Shown: one piece after another, positions 15,001-28,578 of the stretch
Layout of the letters: each line of letters opens with the position of its first letter
How positions within the stretch are numbered: position 1 is the first letter of the stretch
From: Heptranchias perlo
Taxonomy: Eukaryota
Length of the DNA stretch: 64,000 nucleotides
Assembly: GCF_035084215.1 (NCBI RefSeq)
Contig: NW_027139260.1
Location: 1 to 64,000 of the forward strand
Direction: 5' to 3'
Program-made: the position numbers and the translations under genes
The notes under the pieces: model-generated
Seen by the model: the letters and a program-made list of their open reading frames with translations, nothing else
The model's database searches: none
Told to the model about the DNA's origin: nothing

Positions 15001-18000
15001 AGACTGGGGATCGGGGCCTTTACCCAGTAAACGGTCAGGGAATCAGCACAGACTGGGGATCAGGGCCTTTACCCAGTAAACGGTCAGGGAATCAGCACAG
15101 ACTGGGGATCGGGGCCTTTACCCAGTAAACGGTCAGGGAATCAGCACAGACTGGGGATCAGGGCCTTTACCCAGTAAACGGTCAGGGAATCAGCACAGAC
15201 TGGGGATCGGGGCCTTTACCCAGTAAATGGTCAGGGAATCAGCACAGACTGGGGATCAGGGCCTTTACCCAGTAAACGGTCAGGGAATCAGCACAGACTG
15301 GGGATCGGGGCCTTTACCCAGTAAACGGTCAGGGAATCAGCACAGACTGGGGATCAGGGCCTTTACCCAGTAAACGGTCAGGGAATCAGCACAGACTGGG
15401 GATCGGGGCCTTTACCCAGTAAACGGTCAGGGAATCAGCACAGACTGGGGATCGGGGCCTTTACCCAGTAAACGGTCAGGGAATCAGCACAGACTGGGGA
15501 TCGGGGCCTTTACCCAGTAAACGGTCAGGGAATCAGCACAGACTGGGGATCGGGGCCTTTACCCAGTAAACGGTCAGGGAATCAGCACAGACTGGGGATC
15601 AGGGCCTTTACCCAGTAAACGGTCAGGGAATCAGCACAGACTGGGGATCGGGGCCTTTACCCAGTAAACCATCAGGGAATCATCACAGACTGGGGATCGG
15701 GGCCTTTACCCAGTAAACGGTCAGGGAATCAGCACAGACTGGGGATCAGGGCCTTAACCCAGTAAACGGTCAGGGAATCAGCACAGACTGGGGATCGGGG
15801 CCTTTACCCAGTAAACGGTCAGGGAATCAGCACAGACTGGGGATCGGGGCCTTTACCCAGTAAACGGTCAGGGAATCAGCACAGACTGGGGATCAGGGCC
15901 GTTACCCAGTAAACGGTCAGGGAATCAGCACAGACTGGGGATCGGGGCCTTTACCCAGTAAACGGTCAGGGAATCAGCACAGACTGGGGATCAGGGCCGT
16001 TACCCAGTAAACGGTCAGGGAATCAGCACAGACTGGGGATCAGGGCCTTTACCCAGTAAACGGTCAGGGAATCAGCACAGACTGGGGATCAGGGCCGTTA
16101 CCCAGTAAACGGTCAGGGAATCAGCACAGACTGGGGATCGGGGCCTTTACCCAGTAAACGGTCAGGGAATCAGCACAGACTGGGGATCAGGGCCTTTACC
16201 CAGTAAACGGTCAGGGAATCAGCACAGACTGGGGATCGGGGCCTTTACCCAGTAAACGGTCAGGGAATCAGCACAGACTGGGGATCGGGGCCTTTACCCA
16301 GTAAACGGTCAGGGAATCAGCACAGACTGGGGATCGGGGCCTTTACCCAGTAAACGGTCAGGGAATCAGCACAGACTGGGGATCGGGGCCTTTACCCAGT
16401 AAACGGTCAGGGAATCAGCACAGACTGGGGATCGGGGCCTTTACCCAGTAAACGGTCAGGGAATCAGCACAGACTGGGGATCGGGGCCTTTACCCAGTAA
16501 ACGGTCAGGGAATCAGCACAGACTGGGGATCGGGGCCTTTACCCAGTAAACGGTCAGGGAATCAGCACAGACTGGGGATCGGGGCCTTTACCCAGTAAAC
16601 CGTCAGGGAATCAGCACAGACTGGGGATCGGGGCCTTTACCCAGTAAACGGTCAGGGAATCAGCACAGACTGGGGATCGGGGCCTTTACCCAGTAAACGG
16701 TCAGGGAATCAGCACAGACTGGGGATCGGGGCCTTTACCCAGTAAACCATCAGGGAATCAGCACAGACTGGGGATCGGGGCCTTTACCCAGTAAACGGTC
16801 AGGGAATCAGCACAGACTGGGGATCAGGGCCTTTACCCAGTAAACCATCAGGGAATCAGCACAGACTGGGGATCGGGGCCTTTACCCAGTAAACGGTCAG
16901 GGAATCAGCACAGACTGGGGATCGGGGCCTTTACCCAGTAAACGGTCAGGGAATCAGCACAGACTGGGGATCGGGGCCTTTACCCAGTAAACGGTCAGGG
17001 AATCAGCACAGACTGGGGATCGGGGCCTTTACCCAGTAAACGGTCAGGGAATCAGCACAGACTGGGGATCAGGGCCTTTACCCAGTAAACGGTCAGGGAA
17101 TCAGCACAGACTGGGGATCAGGGCCTTTCCCCAGTAAACCATCAGGGAATCAGCACAGACTGGGGATCAGGGCCTTTACCCAGTAAACGGTCAGGGAATC
17201 AGCACAGACTGGGGATCGGGGCCTTTACCCAGTAAACGGTCAGGGAATCAGCACAGACTGGGGATCGGGGCCTTTACCCAGTAAACGGTCAGGGAATCAG
17301 CACAGACTGGGGATCAGGGCCTTTACCCAGTAAACGGTCAGGGAATCAGCACAGACTGGGGATCAGGGCCTTTACCCAGTAAACGGTCAGGGAATCAGCA
17401 CAGACTGGGGATCGGGGCCTTTACCCAGTAAACGGTCAGGGAATCAGCACAGACTGGGGATCGGGGCCTTTACCCAGTAAACGGTCAGGGAATCAGCACA
17501 GACTGGGGATCGGGGCCTTTACCCAGTAAACGGTCAGGGAATCAGCACAGACTGGGGATCAGGGCCTTTACCCAGTAAACGGTCAGGGAATCAGCACAGA
17601 CTGGTGATCGGGGCCTTTACCCAGTAAACGGTCAGGGAATCAGCAGACTGGGGATCGGGGCCTTTACCCAGGAGACGGTCAGGGAATCAGCACAGACTGG
17701 GGATCGGGGCCTTTACCCAGTAAACGGTCAGGAAATCAGCACAGACTGGGGATCGGGGCCTTTACCCAGTAAACGGTCAGGGAATCAGCACAGACTGGGG
17801 ATCGGGGCCTTTACCCAGTAAACGGTCAGGGAATCAGCACAGACTGGGGATCGGGGCCTTTACCCAGTAAACGGTCAGGGAATCAGCACAGACTGGGGAT
17901 CGGGGCCTTTACCCAGTAAACGGTCAGGGAATCAGCACAGACTGGGGATCGGGGCCTTTACCCAGTAAACGGTCAGGGAATCAGCACAGACTGGGGATCG

Positions 18001-18356
18001 GGGCCTTTACCCAGTAAACCATCAGGGAATCAGCACAGACTGGGGATCGGGGCCTTTACCCAGTAAACGGTCAGGGAATCAGCACAGACTGGGGATCAGG
18101 GCCTTTACCCAGTAAACGGTCAGGGAATCAGCACAGACTGGGGATCGGGGCCTTTACCCAGTAAACGGTCAGGGAATCAGCACAGACTGGGGATCGGGGC
18201 CTTTACCCAGTAAACGGTCAGGGAATCAGCACAGACTGGGGATCGGGGCCTTTACCCAGTAAACGGTCAGGGAATCAGCACAGACTGGGGATCGGGGCCT
18301 TTACCCAGTAAACGGTCAGGGAATCAGCACAGACTGGGGATCGGGGCCGTTACCCA
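1..18356. repeat. 49-bp tandem satellite array (about 375 units), open at the window start
   Basis: Consensus GGGAATCAGCACAGACTGGGGATCGGGGCCTTTACCCAGTAAACGGTCA repeats head-to-tail. Recurrent variants include ATCAGGG/ATCGGGG and AAACCATCA/AAACGGTCA. The ORF track shows no ORFs here. Confidence 0.99.
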
Positions 18357-18499
18357 AATGTGCACGCATTTTCTGCCCATCACATTGAGGACTTAGTGGG
18401 CCACTTACTGCCCGGATAATGGTCCTGCATTGCCAAATTTGTAGGCCTGTTCATCTTTTGATTCGATGTCGTTCCACTTTGTGAACTAGAAAGGGAAGT

Positions 18500-19585
18500 A
18501 GAGGGTGTTGCTGAGGTGAGTTGTGACACTATTCACATTACTCCCAGCACGGTCACCGAACAACTGGACAAAGTTAAGGTGAGTAAATCACAGACCGGAT
18601 AAGATTCATCCGAGGATTCTTCATGGAAGTCATTTTAGCGAGACTGACACAAATCATCCAGAAATCACTGAATATTGGCGAGGTGCCTGGGGACTGGAGA
18701 AAGGCAGATGTTGCTCCTAAGCTGCAGGGCAACGGACCGGGTGGTGGAAGTTGGGATTAGAATGGGCACCTGGTTGTTCTTCGAGCCGGCGCAGACTCAA
18801 TGGGCCGAATGGCCCCCATCTGTGCTGTATCTTTTCTATGGTTCTGTAATTTTGAAAAAGGTAGCTAAAGTTACGCAGGAAACTACAGATCACTGAATTT
18901 CACATCCATTGTGGGTAAAGTTATGGAAAGTAAAGATCATGGAACATCTGGATAGAAATAAAATCATAAAAGATGGTCAATATGGGTTCATGAAGGGGCA
19001 GTCTTGTCAATGTGATTTACTGGGTTGTTTTGAGGACTTTGACAGGAATAAGGCAGTGGATGTGGTGTACTTGGATTTCAGTAAAGCCTTTGATAGTTTT
19101 GATAGTTCCCCTGGAGAGGCTGGTACTGAAAATAAAGCAAGCGGGAATCGGGAAATATTTTACAATGGATGTGTAATTGCCCGATGGAGGGGGTAAATTC
19201 AGAACTAATCTGCGGAAACAATATTTCAGTGAGTGATCGATCTATGGAACAGACTCCCGAGAGAGACGGTGGAGTGCAAATTAGACAGATTTCTTTCAGA
19301 ACATAATATTTTGGGGTCCAGTATATGAGTAATTTGAGACATGACATGTGGTGAGTGTAACAAGCTGGGGAGGAACAAGTGACTTTGGATCTACGGTTCC
19401 TAAATCTCTCCACCACTGGGGGTTTCCCTCACCTCATGTCTGGGTCTGTTGTGGACACATTGATAGAGACTGATTGCTCTGATTAGTGAACTCTATAATC
19501 ATTGGATCTTGTGATTACCAGGATGGTAGAAGGTGATCTCGATGGATCCTGGCCTTTCTCCGTCTACCAATTCCTATGTTCCCCA
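18500..19585 (+). mobile_element. Degraded CR1 LINE (RT remnant plus 3' region), with a nested short CR1 3'-tail piece near 18720-18846
   Basis: ORF 18909 contains QYGFMKGQSC and VDVVYLDFSKAFD, which are CR1 RT motifs. The 3' part at about 19281-19585 recurs at about 58611-58920. Confidence 0.8.
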
Positions 19586-19812
19586 TGGCCCTTGTCTTAA
19601 CTTTCAATCACTCCACAGCCTCATCCCATCTTATCCGAGTCACATTCTGCAGCCTTACATCAAGTATTAGACCCGCCACTCCTCTGACTCAGGGTTACTC
19701 TTATGCCCTTGCCTACTCTGTTCCATCACCAAGGGCCAAGCCTTCTGGCACTTCGCCCCTACTCTCTGTAACTTTCCCCATAAACCACTACTCTCCAAAG
19801 GCCTGAGGCCAA

Positions 19813-19892
19813 AGATCAGCCATGATCTTATTTAATGGCGGAGCAGGCCTGAGGGGCCGAATGGCCTACTCCTGCTCCTATTTCTTATGTTC
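19813..19892 (+). mobile_element. CR1-type 3' tail fragment
   Basis: GATCAGCCATGATCTTATT...GGCGGAGCAGGC...GGCCTACTCCTGCTCCTATTTCTTATGTTC is the same tail seen at 22575-22662. Confidence 0.8.
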
Positions 19893-20574
19893 CCACTCCT
19901 GGCCCCATAAGGAAAGCTTAGGCTTTCTCTGCCACGGGCTCCACCCCCTTTCTGATCACAACACCCTCCTGAAACCCTCTCCCCGAGACTTACCTGTGTG
20001 TTGGAGACTGTATCCTTGGTCCTGGCCGGAGGCCTCTTGATGACCTTCATTCTGCTTCCTGCTGGTTTCAGGGGACATGCCAATGAGGCCTGGGAGTTAA
20101 AATCTCCCGGGCTTCACGCTGCCGAGGTTAGTGGGGTTTGGTGTTCACCTCGTCCCTCACCAGCCGGATTCTCGCTCAGAGTTAAAATCGGGGCTCGAGT
20201 GACAGGGACCTCCATCGTTATCCAGCAGGGTTTTACCATCCTGCTGAGCCAATTAAACAGAATTGTACAGAACATCGCAGCAGATTATTAAAACATGATG
20301 GTGAAAGTGTAACTACAACAAAACACTATTAGTCTAGAGATTTGTACAACTTTTAATGAAATCTGTGACACCACAAACATCTCAATGAACTGACATTGTT
20401 AATGGGACAAGAACAGGAGACGTTCCATTTCTAACATTAGATTTTCTTTGAAAAAGATGATGTTAAAAAAAATCATAAATTCTGAAGACATAATTGTATC
20501 AACCCGAGAATAAATCAACAATCCGGGAGTTCAGAAATAAGTTTCAGTTCATCGTAATTTCACACAAAGCGACG

Positions 20575-23500
20575 AGAGGAGACGCTGAGAACACGGTCTG
20601 GTGCTGAGAGGAGACGGTCTGGAGACGAGTGGAGACGGTCTGGTGCTGAGAGGAGATGGTCTGGAGACGAGTGGAGACGGTCTGGTGCTGAGAGGAGACG
20701 GTCTGGAGACGAGGGGAGACGGTCTGGAGACGAGAGGAGTCGGTCTGGCGACGAGAGGAGACGGTCTGGAGACGGGAGGAGACGGTCTGGAGACGAGGGG
20801 AGACGGTCTGGAGACGAGGGGAGACGGTCTGGCGACGGGAGGAGACGGTCTGGAGACGGGAGGAGACGGTCTGGAGACGGGAGGAGATGGTCTGGAGACA
20901 AGGGGAGACGGTCTGGAGACGAGGGGAGACGGTCTGGCGACGGGAGGAGACGGTCGGGAGACGAGGGGAGACGGTCTGGAGACGGGAGGAGACGGTCTGG
21001 AGACGAGGGGAGACGGTCTGGAGACGGGAGGAGACGGTCTGGAGACGGGAGGAGATGGTCTGGAGACGGGAGGAGATGGTCTGGAGACAAGGGGAGACGG
21101 TCTGGAGACGAGGGGAGATGGTCTGGCGACGGGAGGAGACGGTCGGGAGACGAGGGGAGACGGTCTGGAGACGGGAGGAGACGGTCTGGAGACGAGGGGA
21201 GACGGTCTGGAGACGAGGGGAGACGGTCTGGCGACGGGAGGAGACGGTCTGGAGACGGGAGGAGACGGTCTGGCGATGGGAGGAGACGGTCTGGAGACGG
21301 GAGGAGACGGTCTGGAGACGGGAGGAGATGGTCTGGAGACAAGGGGAGACGGTCTGGAGACGAGGGGAGACGGTCTGGCGACGGGAGGAGACGGTCGGGA
21401 GACGAGGGGAGACGGTCTGGCGATGGGAGGAGACGGTCTGGAGACGAGAGGGGTCGGTCTGGAGACGAGAGGAGACGGGAGGAGATGGTCTGGAGACGAG
21501 AGGGGTCGGTCTGGAGACGGCAGGAGACGGTCTGGCGATGGGAGGAGACGGTCTGGTGACGGGAGGAGACGGTCTGGAGACGAGAGGAGACGGTGAGGAG
21601 ATGGTCTGGAGATGAGAGGAGACGGGAGGAGATGGTCTGGAGACGAGAGGAGACGGTGAGGAGACGGTCTGGAGACGAGAGGAGACGGTCTGGAGACGAG
21701 AGGAGACGGTCTGGAGACGAGAGGAGACCGAGAGGAGACGGTCTGGAGACGAGAGGAGACGGTCTGGAGACGAGAGGAGACGGTCTGGAGACGAGAGGAG
21801 ACGGTCTGGAGACGAGAGGAGACGGTCTGGAGACGAGAGGAGACGGTCTGGAGACGAGGGGAGACGGCCTGGAGACGGGAGGAGACGGTCTGGAGACGAG
21901 GGGAGACGGTCTGGAGACGAGGGGAGACGGTCTGGAGACGAGGGGAGACGGTCTGGAGACGAGAGGAGTCGGTCTGGAGACGGGAGGAGACGGTCTGGAG
22001 ACGAGGGGAGATGGTCTGGAGACGAGGGGAGACGGTCTGGAGACGGGAGGAGACGGTCTGGAGACGAGGGGAGACGGTCTGGAGACGAGGGGAGACGGTC
22101 TGGCGATGGGAGGAGACGGTCTGGCGACGGGAGGAGACGGTCTGGAGACGGGAGGAGACGGTCTGGAGACGAGGGGAGACGGTCTGGAGACGAGGGGAGA
22201 CGGTCTGGCGATGGGAGGAGTCGGTCTGGCGACGGGAGGAGACGGTCTGGAGACGAGGGGAGACGGTCTGGAGACGGGAGGAGTCGGTCTGGAGACGAGA
22301 GGAGACGGTCTGGAGACGAGGGGAGACGGTCTGGCGACGGGAGGAGACGGTCTGGAGACGGGAGGAGACGGTCTGGCGACGGGAGGAGACGGTCTGGCGA
22401 CGGGAGGAGACGGTCTGGCGATGGGAGGAGACGGTCTGGCGACGGGAGGAGACGGTCTGGCGATGGGAGGAGACGGTCTGGAGACGAGGGGAGACGGTCT
22501 GGAGATGAGGGGAGACGAGAGGAGATGGTCCTGCTCCGACTTCTTGTGTTCTTTAGATTTGTGGTTGGGATCAGATCAGCCATGATCTTATTGAATGGCG
22601 GAGCAGGCTCGAGGGGCCGATTGGCCTACTCCTGCTCCAATTTCTTATGTTCTTATGTTCTTATGGTCTGGCGACGGGAGGAGACGGTCTGGAGACGAGG
22701 GGAGACGAGAGGAGACGGTCTGGCGATGGGAGGAGACGGTCTGGCGACGGGAGGAGACGGTCTGGAGACGAGGGGAGACGGTCTGGCGATGGGAGGAGAC
22801 GGTCTGGCGATGGGAGGAGACGGTCTGGAGACGGGAGGAGTCGGTCTCGCGACGGGAGGAGACGGTCTGGAGACGAAGGGAGACGGTCTGCCGATGGGAG
22901 GAGACGGTCTGGAGACGAGGGGAGACAGTCTGGAGACGAGGGGAGACAGTCTGGAGACGAGAGGAGACGGGAGGAGACGGTCTGGCGACGAGAGGAGACG
23001 GTCTGGAGACGGGAGGAGACGGTCTGGAGACGGGAGGAGTCGGTCTGGCGACGGGAGGAGACGGTCTGGAGACGAGGGGAGACGGTCTGGAGACGAGGGG
23101 AGTCGGTCTGGCGACGGGAGGAGACGGTCTGGAGACGGGAGGAGTCGGTCTGGCGACGGGAGGAGACGGTCTGGAGACGAGGGGAGACGGTCTGGAGACG
23201 AGGGGAGTCGGTCTGGCGACGGGAGGAGACGGTCTGGAGACGGGAGGAGACGGTCTGGCGACGGGAGGAGTCGGTCTGGCGACTGGAGGAGACGGTCTGG
23301 AGACGGTCTGGAGACGGTCTGGAGACGGGAGGAGTCGGTCTGGCGACGGGAGGAGACGGTCTGGAGACGGTCTGGAGACGGTCTGGAGACGGGAGGAGTC
23401 GGTCTGGCGACGGGAGGAGACGGTCTGGCGACGGGAGGAGACGGTCTGGAGACGGGAGGAGACGGTCTGGCGATGGGAGGAGACGGTCTGGAGACGGGAG

Positions 23501-24828
23501 GAGACGGTCTGGAGACGGGAGGAGACGGTCTGGCGATGGGAGGAGACGGTCTGGAGACGGGAGGAGACGGTCTGGCGAAGGGAGGAGACCGTCTGGCGAT
23601 GGGAGTAGACGGTCTGGCGACGGGAGGAGACGGTCTGGAGACGAGGGGAGACGGTCTGGAGACGAGGGGAGACGGTCTGGAGACGAGGGGAGACGAGAGG
23701 AGACGGTCTGGCGATGGGAGGAGACGGTCTGGCGACGGGATGAGACGGTCTGGAGACGAGGGGAGACGAGAGGAGACGGTCTGGCGACGGGAGGAGACGG
23801 TCTGGAGACGAGGGGAGACGGTCTGGCGATGGGAGGAGACGGTCTGGCGACGGGAGGAGACGGTCTGGCGACGGGAGGAGACGGTCTGGAGACAAGGGGA
23901 GACGAGGGGAGACGGTCTGGCGATGGGAGGAGACGGTCTGGCGACGGGAGGAGACGGTCTGGCGACGGGAGGAGACGGTCTGGAGACAAGGGGAGACGGT
24001 CTGGAGACGAGAGGAGACGGTCTGGAGACGGGAGGAGTCGGTCTGGCGCCGGGAGGAGACGGTCTGGAGACGAGGGGAGACAGTCTGGAGACGAGAGGAG
24101 ACGGTCTGGAGACGGGAGGAGTCGGTCTGGCGCCGGGAGGAGACGGTCTGGAGACGAGGGGAGACAGTCTGGAGACGAGAGGAGACGGTCTGGAGACGGG
24201 AGGAGTCGGTCTGGCGCCGGGAGGAGACGGTCTGGAGACGAGGGGAGACAGTCTGGAGACGAGAGGAGACGGGTGGAGTCGGTCTGGCGACGGGAGGAGA
24301 CGGTCTGGAGACGAGGGGAGACAGTCTGGAGACGAGAGGAGACGGGTGGAGTCGGTCTGGCGACGGGAGGAGACGGTCTGGAGACGAGGGGCGACGGTCT
24401 GGAGACGGGAGGAGACGGTCTGGAGACGGGAGGAGACGGTCTGGAGACGGGAGGAGACGGTCTGGAGACGAGGGGAGACGGTCTGGAGACGAGAGGAGAC
24501 GGTCTGGAGACGAGAGGAGACGGTCTGGAGACGAGAGGAGACGGTCTGGAGACGGGAGGAGACGGTCTGGCGACGGGAGGAGACGGTCTGGAGACGAGAG
24601 GAGACGGTCTGGAGACGAGAGGAGACGGTCTGGAGACGAGGGGAGACGGTCTGGAGACGAGGGGAGACGGTCTGGAGACGAGAGGAGACGGTCTGGCGAC
24701 GGGCGGAGACGGTCTGGAGATGAGAGGAGACGGTGAGGAGACGGTCTGGAGACGAGAGGAGACGGTCTGGAGACGAGAGGAGACGGTCTGGCGACGGGAG
24801 GAGACAGTCTGGAGATGAGGGGAGACGA
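20575..24828. repeat. 21-bp CpG-rich minisatellite array (about 4.2 kb), interrupted at 22531-22662
   Basis: Unit GGAGACGGTCTGGAGACG(A/G)G(A/G). It accounts for all the long low-complexity ORFs (SPDRLLP, GDGLETR and ETVWRRE heptads). Confidence 0.97.
22531..22662 (+). mobile_element. Short CR1-tail retroposon insertion inside the 21-bp array
   Basis: CR1 3' tail ending (TTCTTATG)n. Candidate target-site duplication ATGGTC at 22525-22530 and 22663-22668. Confidence 0.8.
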
Positions 24829-25372
24829 TGCGGTTAAACATTTTCTGCCTTGCACCTAAATTTGGAAAAAAGTCATCACAAACAGACCAGCAAAACTGGG
24901 CCCATTGATTATTGACCTCATTATCTGCACATTCCTCCCATCAGTAACTTGGGCTGGTCCTAGTTATTATGTGTGGGATTTGAATATAAACAGGTAACAA
25001 TGAGAGGATCTGTCTGAGCCCCGTCACAACATGCAATGGGCAAAATCATCACCTGTTGTAATGTCACAATGGATGGGGCCAGGATCTGAGAACGTCTCTC
25101 AGGTACCTCCCTACTGACCGCTATCTCTGGCAGACCAGACTGCGATTCACTATCCATGGAGAGGGGGGGTTGTGCCTTCGGCTCGAGTACAGTTAACCAC
25201 AGCAATATATAGATTAGTCCAAAGAATTAACGTTTATTTAGCATCAAGTTTCTCCACATCCATAAATCTCACTTCAGGTGACTTCGTTCAACAAAGACAG
25301 GCACAGGACGGAATGGGTTAAATACAATAATATATTAGAACACCCACAATCAGTCTATTGTCCGCCAAGCAG

Positions 25373-25452
25373 GCAGCTACAGATCATCGGCATGGGGTCA
25401 GCAGCAGCTACAGATCATCGGCATGGGGTCAGCAGCAGCTACAGATCATCGG
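25373..25452. repeat. 31-bp tandem repeat, about 2.6 copies
   Basis: GCAGCTACAGATCATCGGCATGGGGTCAGCA is repeated. Confidence 0.85.
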
Positions 25453-26154
25453 TCCCTAAAGCTCCATTGGCCCCTAAGGGTCATCGGGCCCGTCTGCCAC
25501 AAGCATTCGGTTTATCGATCGTTCTAATTCACAGTTATGTCCTATCGTATCCTGCAATGCAAATCTTCTCTCAATAAGCTGTGGTTTTGTCCACTTCCAA
25601 AGCATCTGGCCAGTTATAAGTGGAGGGCCCTATTGTGGTCAAACAGTTCTCAGTTTCAGGAGGAAGTGGCCATTCGTAACAGTAACCTGATCGTCACTGA
25701 TTATAATGGAACGGTTATTTTGGAAGAAACCTAATTTTTCCGTAATTCCCTCAGAAATTCCAAAGTTCTGTATAAGTTGGGATTTCGGTCACAAGCATTG
25801 AACATTTTACCCACAGTCGAGCACAGGGATCGGCATCAGACAAAGAAAGATTCTACTCAGCCCAACGACAGCGAGCCGAGAAAGATCATTAATATATTCT
25901 ATTCCAGTCAAACTTGTAAAAATGCCTGGGATTTCCCACTTCAGTGGTCCTGGCACTTGCCGGGAGTGCACATCGGGAATACCACTCCTGTGATTTTACA
26001 ACCATTAGAATTAATGGACAGAAAATCACTGGCTGGGGGCACGCAATTTCCTCCTGTGTGCTGCCAGCTAAATCGGAAAATCCCAACCAATGTGTCGCCA
26101 AGAGCCTTCCTCTTCACTGGGAAAATGGAACATGCCTCCTCACGGTGTTCCTGA

Positions 26155-28578
26155 ATGTCGTTTGCCGGTGTTTCTATAAACTCCCCGACCCATATTCACA
26201 GCCACCCCCTCGACCTTGCCATCTCACGTGGCCTCTCTACTTCCATCGTGTTAATCACAGATAACGCCATCTCTGATCATTTTCTTGTCTCCCTCTCCAC
26301 CCACATCCCCCTTCCCCCTCCCAACCCCACTTCCTTCTGTGTCCTCCCATGGAAAAAACTCTCCCCCAGGTTACTTACAATGGCACTTTCAAATTCCCCA
26401 CTCTCCAGCCTTTGGCCCTCCATTCACCACGACATTTCTGCAGCTACCGATTTGCCCAATCACACCCTCACCTCCACCTTTGATGCCCTTGTCCCCATTA
26501 AAACCATTACTCTCTCTCACTCTGGTCATTCCTCCTGGTACGGCCCTCATCTCCACTCCCTTAAGTCCAAGGGACGCAGAGTTGAATGTTTATGGCAGAC
26601 AACTGGTTTAGCCATTCATCGCCAGGTCTGCCTGGACCACATAAAGCACTATCGGGTCCTGCTCTCCTCTGCCCAAACTGCTCACTATTCCAGGATCATC
26701 CTGGAATGGAAAGATAATCCCCAGCTTCTCTTCTCTTCACTCCAAACTGTCTTCTTAAACCCCTGTACCCTGTCCCCTCCACCCTCACCTCCAACAACAA
26801 GTGTGAGGAGCTCATGGACTTTGTCACTAAGATTGAGACCATCCATTCAGCTGCCTCTGCCGTTTCCCTCCCTCCCCTTAGCCCACCGAGCCAAACTTCC
26901 CCTCCAGTTCCCCCCTGCCCTGGCCCTAAACTCACATCTTTCTCTAGTTTCCCTCCTACCTCCCCTCATGTCCTCTCCAAGCTCATCTTGACCATGAGAC
27001 CCACCTCCTGCTCCCTCGACCCTAGTCCCACCAAACTGCTGACCACCCAACTTCCCTTCCTGGCTCCCATGTTAGCTGATATTGTTAACGGTTCCATCTC
27101 CTCAGGTACTGTCCCCCTCCCCTTCAAATCTGCCATCATCACCCCCCACCTCAAAAAACTCACCCTTGACCCCTCTGTCCTTACAAACTCCCGCCTCACC
27201 TCCACCCTCCCTTTCCTCTCCAAAGTCCTTGAACGTTTTGTCTCCTCCCGAATCCGTGCCCATCTTTCCCACAACTCCATGTTTGAATCCCTCCAATCAG
27301 GTTTCTGACCCTCCCACAGGACTGAAACGGCCCTGATCAAAGTCACAAATGACATCCTCTGTGACTGTGACCGTGGTAAACGATCCCTCCTCATCCTTCT
27401 CCACCTGTCTGCAGCCGTTGACCACACCATCCTCCTCCAACACCTCTCCTCCATTGTCCAGCTGGGTGGGACTGCGCTCACCTGGTTCCATTCTTATCTA
27501 TCCAGTCGTAGCCAGAGAATCACCTGCAATGGCTTCTCTTCCCACTCCCGCACCGTTACCTCTGGAGTCCCCCAAGGATCGATCCTTGGCCCCCTCCTAT
27601 TTCTCATCTACATGCTGCCCCTCGGTGACATCATCCGAAAACACAATGTCAGATACCACATGTACGCTGACGACCCCCAGCTCTATCTCACCACCACCTC
27701 CCTCGACCCCTCCACTGTCTCTCATGTGTGACACTGCTTGTCTGACATCCAGTACTGGATGTGCAAAAATTTCCTCCAACTAAATATTGCGAAGACGGAA
27801 GCCATTGGTCTCCGCTACAAACTCCGTTCCCTAGCCACGGACTCCATCCCTCTCCCTGGCCACTGTCTGAGGCTGAACCAGAATGTAGGCGTCCTATTTG
27901 ACCCCGAGATGAGCTTCCGACCACATATCCGCTCCATCACCAAGACCGCCTACTTCCACCTCTGTAACATCGCCCATCTCTACCACTGCCTCGGCTCATC
28001 TGCTGCTGAAAGCCTCATCCATGCCTTTGTTACCTCCAGACCGGACTATTCCAATGCTCTCCTGGCCGGCCTCCCACCATCCACCCTCCATAAACTTGAG
28101 TTAATCCAAAATTCTGCTGCCCGTATCCTAACTCGCACCAAGTCCTGTTCACCCCCTGTGCTCGCTGGCCTACATTGGCTCCCGGTCTGGCAACGCCTCG
28201 ATTTTCAAATTCTTATCCTTGTTTTCAAATCCCTCCCTGGACTCACCTCCTCCACCCCTACAACCCTCCGAGATCTCTGCACTCCTCCAATTCTTGCGCA
28301 TCCCCAATTTTAATCGCTCCACCAATGGCGGCCGTGCCTTCAGCTGCCTCGGCCCTAAGCTCTGGAATTCCCTCCCTAAACCTCTCCACCTCTCTACCCC
28401 TCACTCCTCCTTTAAGAAGCACCTTAAAACCTATCTCTTTGACCAAGCTTTTGGTCATCTGTCCTAATATCTCCTTATGTGGCTCGGTGTGAAGTTTTGT
28501 TTGATAATCGCTCATGTGAAGCACCTTGGGACGTTTTACTACGTTAAAGGTGCTATATAAATGCAAGTTGTTGTTGTT
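26155..28578 (+). mobile_element. 5'-truncated, disrupted L2-clade LINE
   Basis: Fragmented ORF2 (HPLDLAISRGL, CSLDP, QSGF, GVPQGSILGP, YADD, LQLNIAKTE, LHWLPV). The 3' end is GCTATATAAATGCAAG(TTG)n. Confidence 0.93.

Noticed and set aside
1-18356. CRISPR-like regular repeats
   Set aside because: There are no unique spacers and the context is eukaryotic. It is a pure tandem satellite.
20544-24855. Very long ORFs (up to 736 aa) with SPDRLLP, GDGLETR and ETVWRRE heptads
   Set aside because: A 21-bp stop-free unit opens several frames on both strands. Frame-shifting partial units and a TE insertion argue against a protein gene.
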